Source of the DNA: TPA_inf: Saccharomyces | Taxonomy: Eukaryota | Length of the DNA stretch: 64,000 nucleotides | Direction of reading: 5' to 3' | Assembly: GCA_000146045.2 (NCBI GenBank) | Contig: BK006947.3 | Coordinates: 448,001-512,000 of the forward strand | Shown here: positions 1 through 9,703 of the stretch, piece by piece | How the letters are laid out: every line of letters begins with the position of its first letter | Position numbering within the stretch: the stretch's first letter is position 1 | The notes under the pieces: generated by a model | Databases searched by the model: none | What the model saw: the letters and a program-made list of their open reading frames with translations, nothing else | Told to the model about the DNA's origin: nothing | Translations under genes and position numbers: made by a program

Positions 1-1374
1 CTTTGTAAACAATATCTTAGAACTGGAACGGCGGAGGCCGATGTTGCACCTGTTGTTCCCCCTCATCTCGAAGAGGATTCTGGAGATTTAAACGACTCCC
101 AATCAAGTATAGAAAGTTCTTTGTCTTCAAAGAGCGAAAATAGGTATTCACATATGGGCATCCAAGAGGAAGATGTTCTGAATGAGAGAATTCAAGGATT
201 CCTGTCCAAAAAAGTTCCTAATACTCCAGTGGTGGTTGACCTATTGCCCAAAGATAAGCTCAGAGGGGATACGGCTTCCTTTTTTGGTACCACGGACTCT
301 TATGGTAATTTACTAATCAAGGCAGAAACAGATTTTTTACCGTCCAAGATTAATATTACATTAGATACCCCTATAGAAGGCCATGCAGATCCCATATCTG
401 AAACATTTCCGGCCAATTATGTCTCGCCCTACGGTATTGGTTTAATCAGTGATATTGACGACACCATCAAGCATACTGGCGTTACGGGTGACAGGAGATC
501 GATGTTTCGTAATGTTTTCATCCATGATGTTCAATCGTGGGTAATAGATGGTGTTCCTCTTTGGTACAAAACTTTACATGATGTCGCAGACGTTGATTTC
601 TTTTATGTTTCTAATTCACCCATCCAAACTTTTACTCTTTTGAAACAATATATTTGCGCCAATTTTCCTCCGGGTCCAATTTTTTTGAAACAATACTCTG
701 GTAATTTCTTTTCCACTATCATGACTTCAAGTGCGAATAGAAAAATTCAGCCGATTGCAAATATCTTAAAGGATTTTCCCAAAAAAAAATTTATTTTGGT
801 CGGTGATTCTGGTGAACATGACTTAGAAGCGTATACCACTACGGCTTTACAATTTCCGAACCAGATTCTGGCTATTTATATAAGATGTTGCTCTAATTCC
901 ATGAGTGATGTCCCATCGCATGATGAAGAAGTTATGAATGAAGTGAACAATATCATCGAATTACAACAACGGCCCATGCAAATGACCAAGTCTACCGTAC
1001 GTACCAGGAGAAGACCACCACCACCTCCCATTCCTTCCACTCAAAAGCCATCGTTGACAGAAGAGCAAACCGAAAGTATAAGAATGTCACGCCGTAATAA
1101 AGATGAGAACAATGCTAAAAGAGTTGCCCCACCACCGTTGCCGAACAGACAGTTACCTAACTTAGACGCTAATACTTACTATGTACCATCCTCACAAAAT
1201 GACTATGGCATGTATGGTGCTTTCATGGATAAAAAAGCAGATGAATGGAAGAGAAGAGTAATGGACTCAATTCAAAAATTGAGCAATCAAGACACCACAT
1301 TGATGTTCTTTTCGGATCCGGCATTAAGTTTGGAAGACAGTATTCGCAGAATTAGGGAGAAGTATTCAAACTAA
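1..1374 (+). CDS. APP1: Phosphatidate phosphatase APP1, 5'-truncated by the window edge. The frame is open from nt 1 and carries the DIDDT (DxDxT) catalytic motif and the proline-rich C-terminus.
   Basis: Frame 1 has no stop from position 1 to 1374. The translation contains GLISDIDDTIKHTG (a HAD-like DxDxT motif) and a PPPPPIP/PPPLPNR tail typical of App1. The upstream partner of YPT53 on chrXIV is APP1. Confidence 0.8.
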   Translation, partial: LCKQYLRTGTAEADVAPVVPPHLEEDSGDLNDSQSSIESSLSSKSENRYSHMGIQEEDVLNERIQGFLSKKVPNTPVVVDLLPKDKLRGDTASFFGTTDSYGNLLIKAETDFLPSKINITLDTPIEGHADPISETFPANYVSPYGIGLISDIDDTIKHTGVTGDRRSMFRNVFIHDVQSWVIDGVPLWYKTLHDVADVDFFYVSNSPIQTFTLLKQYICANFPPGPIFLKQYSGNFFSTIMTSSANRKIQPIANILKDFPKKKFILVGDSGEHDLEAYTTTALQFPNQILAIYIRCCSNSMSDVPSHDEEVMNEVNNIIELQQRPMQMTKSTVRTRRRPPPPPIPSTQKPSLTEEQTESIRMSRRNKDENNAKRVAPPPLPNRQLPNLDANTYYVPSSQNDYGMYGAFMDKKADEWKRRVMDSIQKLSNQDTTLMFFSDPALSLEDSIRRIREKYSN

Positions 1375-1867
1375 ATACACTGTTATTTATATACATCGGG
1401 AGGGAGTTTAAAAATTGTATACACTAAAGTGACCTTATGAATTGGAGCCATTTTCAACGTTTTAGAGTGATGTTGCATCCTTTTCATCAGATCGGGAAAT
1501 TAAAAAAACGGTTATAGAAGGGCTAAATGTAAATATGTAAATTTTATGAAGTCAAGAGTAAAGAAAATCTTCGGTTGCCGATCAAATACACTCTTACAAA
1601 ATACCCTAAACTCAGTTTATCTTTCCATTCCAACTGATTATCGCGTACGCCTTGGTGACCAACCATACCCTAAAATGTCAATTTCCGGGGCGGAAGGGGT
1701 CCTTAAACTGCAAAGCCTCTTCCCATGTAAATAAAATAAATCCGTAGAATTTATTAAATATTGTCATATTATAAGTCGGGAAAGGCCTTCTGAATGCACG
1801 TATATTGACCAAATAGAGTTAGATTCAAATTATTTATTACATTTTTTCAGCATCGAAGTTAAGTAGA

Positions 1868-2530
1868 ATGGATAAACATACAGCAGCTATTCCAACATTA
1901 ACTATCAAAGTAGTCTTACTCGGAGAATCTGCTGTCGGGAAGTCCTCAATAGTCCTCAGGTTTGTATCTGACGATTTTAAAGAGAGCAAAGAACCTACTA
2001 TTGGTGCCGCATTTTTAACAAAGAGAATTACAAGGGATGGCAAGGTCATTAAATTTGAAATATGGGATACGGCAGGCCAGGAGAGATTTGCTCCTTTAGC
2101 GCCTATGTACTACAGAAATGCTCAAGCTGCTTTGGTAGTTTTTGATGTTACTAATGAAGGGTCTTTTTATAAGGCTCAAAACTGGGTCGAAGAACTACAC
2201 GAGAAGGTAGGACATGATATCGTTATTGCCTTGGTGGGGAACAAAATGGATTTGCTGAATAATGATGACGAGAATGAAAATAGGGCTATGAAAGCACCAG
2301 CTGTACAAAATCTCTGTGAAAGAGAGAACCTCTTATATTTCGAAGCAAGCGCTAAGACTGGTGAGAATATTTACCAGATATTTCAAACATTAGGCGAAAA
2401 AGTACCATGTCCTGAACAAAATACACGACAAAGCTCTACTCATGATCGCACAATTACCGATAATCAACGAATCGATCTCGAATCAACGACTGTAGAAAGT
2501 ACTAGGGAGACTGGGGGTTGTAACTGCTAA
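1868..2530 (+). CDS. YPT53: Rab5-family GTPase Ypt53
   Basis: 220 aa. Contains GESAVGKSS (P-loop), WDTAGQERF and GNKMDL G-box motifs, and a C-terminal GGCNC prenylation motif. Its position downstream of APP1 fits the YNL093W arrangement. Confidence 0.88.
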   Translation: MDKHTAAIPTLTIKVVLLGESAVGKSSIVLRFVSDDFKESKEPTIGAAFLTKRITRDGKVIKFEIWDTAGQERFAPLAPMYYRNAQAALVVFDVTNEGSFYKAQNWVEELHEKVGHDIVIALVGNKMDLLNNDDENENRAMKAPAVQNLCERENLLYFEASAKTGENIYQIFQTLGEKVPCPEQNTRQSSTHDRTITDNQRIDLESTTVESTRETGGCNC

Positions 2531-2870
2531 ACTGCAAGCAAAACAACAGCAAACGCGGCATATTCAGCGTCTTAGCGAAGCTTGCCATTGAAAAGAACAG
2601 TTCGTAACAACAGCTGGAAGAATAGTACTGGAAATTTTCAATTACTTTTGCAAAACAAGCACTTTTTTGTTTCACTTCCATTAGCCGCAAGAAATACACT
2701 TTTTTTAGGGGCGGGAATTTTCATCGCCAGATCGAGAATCACAAGGCCTTTACGTACTATAGTTTGTAATTTATACAAAATCAGCTACTGTTATTTTGGT
2801 GTACCAGCGGCAAAAATTGGTGAGGATCTGAAAATTAATTAGAGGTGAACACATATCAGTAATTTTGACT

Positions 2871-4073
2871 ATGGACGAGAATGAATTTGATAATCAAAGG
2901 GAGAATAAAGCTGTAGCTCGAGTGATCATATCATTTCTTAAGTATGAAGAGTATGCCCTAAAGGAAATCTACAATTTGAGAGTGAAAAAATGGGCATCGA
3001 TCTCAGATCGTCAAAAAGACATGGTACCAAACTATACAAAATATTTAGCTAATCTGAAAGCCGCAATTATAGAAAATGGCAAGTTCTTTAGAAGTGTCGC
3101 CGAATATGCCCTGCAATCAATAAGTTTTGAGCCAGGAGAAATCGTACAACCAAACGATTTAGATATGAGTAAAACATGCTCTTTACTTACGCAAGTTTAT
3201 AGGGAGTGGTCCGCAGAGGCCATTTCTGAACGTAATTGCTTAAATTCGAGGCTTGTACCGTTTTTGAAGACCCTATCACCCCCAAAAGCCGACATTTTGA
3301 TACCGGGTTGCGGCACAGGACGCCTTCTCGTGGATCTTAGCAGAATGGGCTATAATTGTGAAGGTAACGAATTTTCATATCACATGCTGCTTGTATCTCA
3401 ATACATGTTGAATGCAGGATTACTCCAAAACCAAATTATTATCTATCCCTTCATACACTGTTTCTCCCACTGGAAAAAAATTGAAGATCAGTTGTCTCCC
3501 ATTAAGGTGCCGGACATAGAAGCGTGGTCTTCAAATAAAGGTATGGGGTCCATGTCGATATGTGCTGGCTCGTTTGTTGATTGTTATGGTCGTAATCAAG
3601 GCACAAAAATCTCGTCACATTATACATTTTCGCGAAGGATGCAACTAAGTAGAGCAAAAGCTGAAAACTCCAAAGACGTTGTAGTAACAAACTTTTTTAT
3701 AGATACGGGATCCAACATCTTGGATTATTTGGATACTATTGGCCACGTCTTGAAGCCAGGCGGAATCTGGTGCAATTTCGGCCCATTGCTTTATCATTTT
3801 GAAAATGACCATGGGGTTGAAACTACCTACGAAGTTAACCCTTACTCTGGGTTTCAAGATAAAATCAATGACTATACACCACTGATGGGTTTAGAGCTTT
3901 CTAGCGATGATATCATAAGCATTGCCACAAATCATCTGGACTTTGAATTAATACGGAGAGAGTCAGGAATACTTTGTGGGTATGGCCGCTACGCGGGTCC
4001 AGAAAGTTGCGCCATGCCTGGATACATGTGCCACTATTGGATCCTGAAGTCGAACCCCACCAATGAATCATAA
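2871..4073 (+). CDS. Seven-beta-strand SAM-dependent methyltransferase (YNL092W, carnosine N-methyltransferase-like). I take the start as the first ATG, because the ORF-track start at 2865 is a TTG.
   Basis: 400 aa from the ATG at 2871. Contains [11 protein letters not shown] (a methyltransferase motif I glycine-rich loop). Position and size match the YNL092W locus. Confidence 0.7.
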
Positions 4074-4407
4074 GCTTACACAATAATCTAATTGCACTAT
4101 ATAGAAGTTGCTGACACAGCCGTTTTAGAGAACTCAGAATGTTACCCGCGCGGAAAATTCTTTTTGCTCCCTCTCGCTATGTTCTGTTTACCATATTGAC
4201 AGTACTGGTTATCAGCCTAGATCCAGTAATACATAAAGCCCTCAATTTGAACTATATATCAAAGCTAGAAGAAGAGTGATTTGTCATAATTGATTCACTT
4301 TATAAGCTCCTTTATCGTTTCAGTTTCCAGGTGCATTTATCGCTTAAGGCCATTACTTTCAACAATAAGCAATCTTTATAAGTGAAAAATTGGGGAAATT
4401 GCCAAAG

Positions 4408-7400
4408 ATGCCCCCAAACTCCAAGAGTAAGAGAAGAAAGAACAAATCCAAGCAACACAACAAGAAAAATGGCAACTCTGATCCTGAACAAAGTATAAAT
4501 CCTACACAGCTAGTACCTCGAATGGAGCCAGAGTTGTATCATACAGAATCGGATTACCCAACTTCAAGAGTAATAAAAAGAGCGCCCAATGGCGATGTCA
4601 TCGTGGAACCAATAAATACAGACGATGATAAGAAAGAACGTACGGCGAACTTGACTCATAATAAGGATAGTATGGATTCTGCTTCTTCCTTAGCTTTTAC
4701 TCTAGATTCTCACTGGGAATCATTATCGCCAGAAGAAAAGAAAACTATTCTACGAATCGAAAAGGAGGAAGTATTTAATGTCATAAGGAATTACCAGGAC
4801 GATCATAGTTGTAGTTGCTCTGTTTGTGGACGCCGCCATTTAGCAATGGATCAAGAAATGGAGCGTATATACAATACACTTTATGCCATGGATAAGGATA
4901 AAGACCCTGAAACCAATCCTATCAAATTCCACTTAGGCATAATAAAGGAGCTACAGATTTCCAAAAATCAACAGCAAAATGATTTATCTTCTACAAAGGG
5001 CGAAGTTGTAAAAAATTTCCTTTCGTCAAGTACAGTTGGCTCTTTGAAAGAGGAAGTGCTGCATTTCAAACAAAAGCAACTTTCAAAACAAGAACAAGCG
5101 CATAATGAAACGGCGGATAATACCTCATTACTTGAAGAAAATTTGAACAATATACACATCAACAAAACTTCTAGTGAAATTTCCGCAAATTTCAATTCTG
5201 TGAGCGATGAAGAGTTGCAACAAAAATATTCCAACTTCACAAAAACGTTTATTTCATCACATCCCAAAATAGCAGAGGAGTATGTACAAAAAATGATGAT
5301 GTATCCGAATATTAGAGCACTGACTGATGACTTAATGAATAGTAACGGGCAAGGATTTCTTAATGCAATCGAAGACTTTGTGCGAGATGGCCAGATACAA
5401 GCATCGAAAAAAGACGACAGCATCACTGAAGATGAAGCATCTAGTACAGATTTGACTGATCCAAAGGAGTTTACCACAATGCTGCATAGTGGAAAACCAC
5501 TTACAGAAGATGAGTATGCCGACCTCCAGCGCAACATTGCTGAAAGGATGACTAATGCGTACGATACCGCAAGTAAGAAATTCAAAGATGTGTCACAATT
5601 AGAGAAGGAGCTATTTACACGATTCATGTCGGGGAGAGACAAAAAATCTTTCAGAGAGTTGATAATTCAATCCTTTAAAAATAAATTTGATGGGGAATTA
5701 GGTCCATCCGTTCTAGCAGCCACTTTAAGCTCGTGCTTTTCATCTCAATCGAAGGATACTTCGTTAGATACTGATTCTATATATGAAGATGAAGATGAGG
5801 AAGACTATGATGACTATTCAGAATATGCTGAAGATAGCGAAGAGGTTTCTGAGTATGAAGGAATAGAGGCAGTCGAAAAACCAGAGCATGATGAAAAAAG
5901 CAACGGGATACGTGAAACATTACATTTAAGTTATGACCACGATCATAAACGACAGAACCACCCTCACCATCACTACCATAGTACCAGTACCCACAGCGAA
6001 GATGAACTGAGTGAAGAAGAGTATATTTCCGATATAGAATTACCGCATGATCCTCATAAGCACTTTCACCGCGATGATGATATATTAGATGGGGATGAAG
6101 ATGAGCCAGAGGAAGAGGATGAAAATGAAGGCGATGACGAAGAAGATACTTATGACAGCGGTCTTGATGAAACTGACCGTTTAGAAGAAGGTCGGAAATT
6201 GATTCAGATAGCCATTACAAAGTTGCTTCAAAGTCGAATAATGGCTTCTTATCATGAGAAACAGGCAGATAATAACAGACTAAAACTTCTACAAGAACTA
6301 GAAGAAGAAAAAAGAAAGAAAAGAGAGAAGGAAGAAAAAAAGCAGAAAAAAAGAGAAAAAGAGAAAGAAAAGAAGAGGCTGCAACAGTTAGCTAAAGAGG
6401 AAGAAAAACGAAAAAGGGAAGAAGAGAAAGAAAGGCTAAAGAAGGAATTAGAAGAGCGTGAAATGAGAAGACGAGAGGCTCAAAGGAAAAAGGTTGAAGA
6501 AGCCAAACGGAAGAAAGACGAGGAGAGAAAGCGTAGATTGGAAGAGCAGCAGCGGAGAGAAGAAATGCAAGAAAAACAACGGAAACAGAAAGAGGAACTA
6601 AAACGCAAGAGGGAAGAAGAAAAGAAACGTATTAGAGAACAGAAAAGGCTAGAACAAGAAAAGCTACAGAAAGAAAAAGAAGAAGAAGAGAGACAAAGAT
6701 TAATTGCAGAGGATGCGCTAAGAAAACAGAAATTAAACGAAGAACAAACATCTGCGAACATACTTTCCGCCAAACCTTTTACTGAGAATGGAGTTGGCAA
6801 CCCTGTTTCATCTCAATCACATCCCAACATGACTAACTACCAAGAGGATAATAGTTGCAGTATCAACGATGAAATACTTAAAATGGTTAATAGCGTGGCT
6901 GCATCCAAACCAGTTTCACCCACAGGCTTTAACGTTCATGATCTACTTCTTCCTTCAACTAACAACCAGATGCCTGCTATGGAACAATCACACTTGCCAC
7001 AGCCAGGTAATCAAAACAACCATTTTGGAACTACAACTATTCCGAATGCGTTAGACTTGGCTACAAAATCTTCTTTACAGACTGAAAACAACTATTTAAT
7101 GAACTCACAAACTCTGGAAAATACAAGTCTATTGATGCATAATAATTCATCGCCAACTAAGCTATTGCCAAATGACTTTGGTTTATCATCTTGGGGTGGT
7201 CTGACAAATACAATGTCCATAAATCCTACATGTAAACCACCGGTTATTCAAACTTCAGAAATGGAATCACAAGCCCATAAATCTAGTCCTCAAGCTACAA
7301 TGCCATCTTTTGGACTACCTAATGGTGGTACTCACCGTAAATCGTTTACCGACGAGTTGAACACTTTAACTAGCATGCTTTCTTCTTCCGGGTTCGCAGA

Positions 7401-8130
7401 TACATCACTTTCATCATCAGGATTCCCCCCATCACAGCGTTCTGTGTGGAATGATCAAAAAAGCTCATTTTCGGGACCGTCGACTGCAGGAAACTTTAAC
7501 AACAGCAGTATACAAAGCGGTATGCTGCTCGCACCTACATTAGGAAGCGTTGAATCGTTTCCAAATCGAACTTCTATCTGGGACAGCAGCACCACTCCGA
7601 TGATGAATAAATCCGAGCTTTCCGGTCGCAATATAACTAGTACTGCGCAAGATAGCCCTGCGTTCATGGCATCAAATATCTGGTCTAGTAACAGTCAATA
7701 CAATTCACCATATTTGACTAGCAACGTCCTTCAATCCCCTCAAATTTCGAGTGGAGTGGATGAAAGCCACATTCTGGATAGCATCTACAATACTTATTTA
7801 GCTATTTCCCCACAAGATAGTTTAAACCCCTACATTGCTATCGGGACACTATTCCAAAATTTAGTAGGACTTAACTTGGATTACTCGACGTTTATCAACA
7901 AATTGATAAGCATGCAAGGAGCCTACAATTGCGAATTCTTTACTGATAACAATGGATCCATTACCCACGTTCGATTTGCGAGACAAACTCCCGCTGGCCA
8001 CTCAAAGGGGTTGCTGAATCAACTCTTTAGTGGATTGAACGATCCAACTGCTACACCATTTACGTCAAGGCCTCATACCTCCACAAGGGCTAGTTTTCCA
8101 ATTGCCTCTTCAACTACGCAAACGTCTTAA
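4408..8130 (+). CDS. NST1: Nst1 (negatively affects salt tolerance). It has a long Lys/Glu/Arg-rich coiled-coil block and an acidic Asp/Glu-rich block. I use the first ATG, because the ORF-track start at 4390 is a TTG.
   Basis: 1240 aa from ATG 4408 (MPPNSKSKRRKNK...). The charged KEEEKRKREEEKE... region lies at roughly 6280-6720. Size and position match YNL091W. Confidence 0.78.
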   Translation: MPPNSKSKRRKNKSKQHNKKNGNSDPEQSINPTQLVPRMEPELYHTESDYPTSRVIKRAPNGDVIVEPINTDDDKKERTANLTHNKDSMDSASSLAFTLDSHWESLSPEEKKTILRIEKEEVFNVIRNYQDDHSCSCSVCGRRHLAMDQEMERIYNTLYAMDKDKDPETNPIKFHLGIIKELQISKNQQQNDLSSTKGEVVKNFLSSSTVGSLKEEVLHFKQKQLSKQEQAHNETADNTSLLEENLNNIHINKTSSEISANFNSVSDEELQQKYSNFTKTFISSHPKIAEEYVQKMMMYPNIRALTDDLMNSNGQGFLNAIEDFVRDGQIQASKKDDSITEDEASSTDLTDPKEFTTMLHSGKPLTEDEYADLQRNIAERMTNAYDTASKKFKDVSQLEKELFTRFMSGRDKKSFRELIIQSFKNKFDGELGPSVLAATLSSCFSSQSKDTSLDTDSIYEDEDEEDYDDYSEYAEDSEEVSEYEGIEAVEKPEHDEKSNGIRETLHLSYDHDHKRQNHPHHHYHSTSTHSEDELSEEEYISDIELPHDPHKHFHRDDDILDGDEDEPEEEDENEGDDEEDTYDSGLDETDRLEEGRKLIQIAITKLLQSRIMASYHEKQADNNRLKLLQELEEEKRKKREKEEKKQKKREKEKEKKRLQQLAKEEEKRKREEEKERLKKELEEREMRRREAQRKKVEEAKRKKDEERKRRLEEQQRREEMQEKQRKQKEELKRKREEEKKRIREQKRLEQEKLQKEKEEEERQRLIAEDALRKQKLNEEQTSANILSAKPFTENGVGNPVSSQSHPNMTNYQEDNSCSINDEILKMVNSVAASKPVSPTGFNVHDLLLPSTNNQMPAMEQSHLPQPGNQNNHFGTTTIPNALDLATKSSLQTENNYLMNSQTLENTSLLMHNNSSPTKLLPNDFGLSSWGGLTNTMSINPTCKPPVIQTSEMESQAHKSSPQATMPSFGLPNGGTHRKSFTDELNTLTSMLSSSGFADTSLSSSGFPPSQRSVWNDQKSSFSGPSTAGNFNNSSIQSGMLLAPTLGSVESFPNRTSIWDSSTTPMMNKSELSGRNITSTAQDSPAFMASNIWSSNSQYNSPYLTSNVLQSPQISSGVDESHILDSIYNTYLAISPQDSLNPYIAIGTLFQNLVGLNLDYSTFINKLISMQGAYNCEFFTDNNGSITHVRFARQTPAGHSKGLLNQLFSGLNDPTATPFTSRPHTSTRASFPIASSTTQTS

Positions 8131-8564
8131 ATTTGCTCCGGTACGCAGGGCCAAAAATATTTACATACATACATAATTCGACGAAATTTCAGAAGAGACA
8201 CTAAACAATCGTACATCTCTCTACTCGATGTGAGCCACGCGTCGGTTTTTCTTACCGTCGTGGCTTTAGAGGTGAGGCTGCGACACCCCATACATCTTAC
8301 CCGGCATTTAATTTCCATTTTTCGCAGGAATGTGAATATGATAATAGACTTCGGTACACTCTTTTTTAGGTATAACATATATCAATTGTTCAACAACAAT
8401 TATTCAAAGCGCAACTCTCCAAAGGTAGTTATTCTGATAATTTGAACCAAAAGTCCCCAGATTAAGTCTTAATTAAACTGCCCTTGCATACCGCTGTAAA
8501 CGATTTGTGTGCAGACATCAATTGCTGAAACGTTCTGCTTTGGTTGTGCTTTTGATCCCGTACT

Positions 8565-9143
8565 ATGTCTGAAAAGGCCGTTAGAAGGAAACTTGTTATT
8601 ATTGGTGATGGTGCTTGTGGCAAGACCTCTTTACTATATGTATTTACATTAGGAAAATTCCCTGAACAATATCATCCGACAGTGTTCGAGAATTATGTCA
8701 CTGATTGCAGAGTTGACGGAATAAAAGTGTCCTTAACGCTCTGGGATACAGCGGGACAAGAGGAATATGAACGTTTACGTCCATTCTCATATTCAAAAGC
8801 AGATATAATATTAATTGGGTTTGCTGTAGACAATTTTGAATCACTAATTAACGCAAGGACGAAATGGGCGGATGAGGCATTACGATATTGTCCTGACGCA
8901 CCAATCGTTCTTGTAGGCTTGAAAAAAGATTTGAGGCAAGAAGCCCATTTTAAAGAGAATGCTACCGATGAAATGGTTCCCATTGAAGATGCAAAACAAG
9001 TTGCAAGGGCCATTGGGGCCAAGAAATACATGGAATGTAGTGCACTGACTGGTGAGGGTGTGGATGATGTCTTTGAAGTAGCTACAAGAACCAGTTTGCT
9101 TATGAAGAAGGAACCAGGGGCTAACTGTTGCATAATTTTATAA
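8565..9143 (+). CDS. RHO2: Rho-family small GTPase Rho2
   Basis: 192 aa. Contains GDGACGKT (P-loop), WDTAGQEEY, and a C-terminal CCIIL CaaX box (geranylgeranylation). Confidence 0.9.
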   Translation: MSEKAVRRKLVIIGDGACGKTSLLYVFTLGKFPEQYHPTVFENYVTDCRVDGIKVSLTLWDTAGQEEYERLRPFSYSKADIILIGFAVDNFESLINARTKWADEALRYCPDAPIVLVGLKKDLRQEAHFKENATDEMVPIEDAKQVARAIGAKKYMECSALTGEGVDDVFEVATRTSLLMKKEPGANCCIIL

Positions 9144-9507
9144 AAAAAACTTACACTGAAATGATACATTATCTTTTTAGCAAGGGAGGGAAAAACAATA
9201 CCGTATTATAATTTTAATCAAATTTCATAGATATAATGGAATAAGTTAAAAAGGCTTATCGATAGTGCATGTATAAAACACAAACCCATTCGATATGTTT
9301 GTTCGTTAATGTCCTACAGATTCTTATTCGAGAGCCTTTACCAGAAGCAAAATTTCCGACGGATATAAGAAAATGGCACATCAAACCATAGCTCAAGGTA
9401 CTGCGCCGATGAGCTAAACGGAACTGCCTAGTTTGATTATTTTTCGTTTATATACTTATTTACTTATTTACGCTATTTGTATTCGAATTCCTTACGAGGC
9501 GATGAGT

Positions 9508-9542
9508 GAAAGACGCGCCAGTAGGACGCGTCTTTTTTTTTT
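9508..9542. promoter_or_regulatory. TOP2: Two MCB-like cores (GACGCG ... ACGCGT) arranged as a hairpin-capable inverted repeat (AAGACGCG-N9-CGCGTCTT) followed by a T10 tract, about 170-190 bp upstream of the TOP2 ATG
   Basis: Sequence gaaAGACGCGccagtaggACGCGTCTtttttttttt. The 3' half reproduces the PMS1 AGACGCGTCT palindrome. Confidence 0.45.
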
Positions 9543-9703
9543 CAGTATAATGTAAACATATTATTGAATTGCCGAAGGAGACAAAAAGAAAAGAAAAGAG
9601 GAGATCATCTTTCATATAATCCAACCACGTCGTAGAGCAAACCACGACAATTTTAACTTTCTGTTTCAGTTAAAGGAGTTTATAACGACCAGCACGGCTA
9701 ACC

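Noticed and set aside
4968-5642. 224-aa minus-strand ORF inside NST1
   Set aside because: It is antisense to the NST1 CDS, Ser/Cys/Phe-rich with low complexity and no motif. It is most likely a chance ORF.
6480-6800. 106-aa minus-strand S/F/C-rich ORF inside NST1
   Set aside because: It is the mirror image of the purine-rich (GAA/AAG) charged-region codons, so it is a compositional artifact.
8229-8270. Inverted repeat AGCCACG-N19-CGTGGCT containing an ACGCGT, downstream of NST1
   Set aside because: The stem is short with a large loop, lies in the 3' UTR or intergenic region, and is not followed by a T tract. I could assign no function beyond a possible weak MCB for RHO2.
8693-9169. 158-aa minus-strand ORF overlapping RHO2
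   Set aside because: It is fully antisense to a strongly supported, conserved GTPase CDS and has no recognisable domains. This is a typical dubious overlapping ORF (corresponding to the YNL089C-type annotation), not a real gene.
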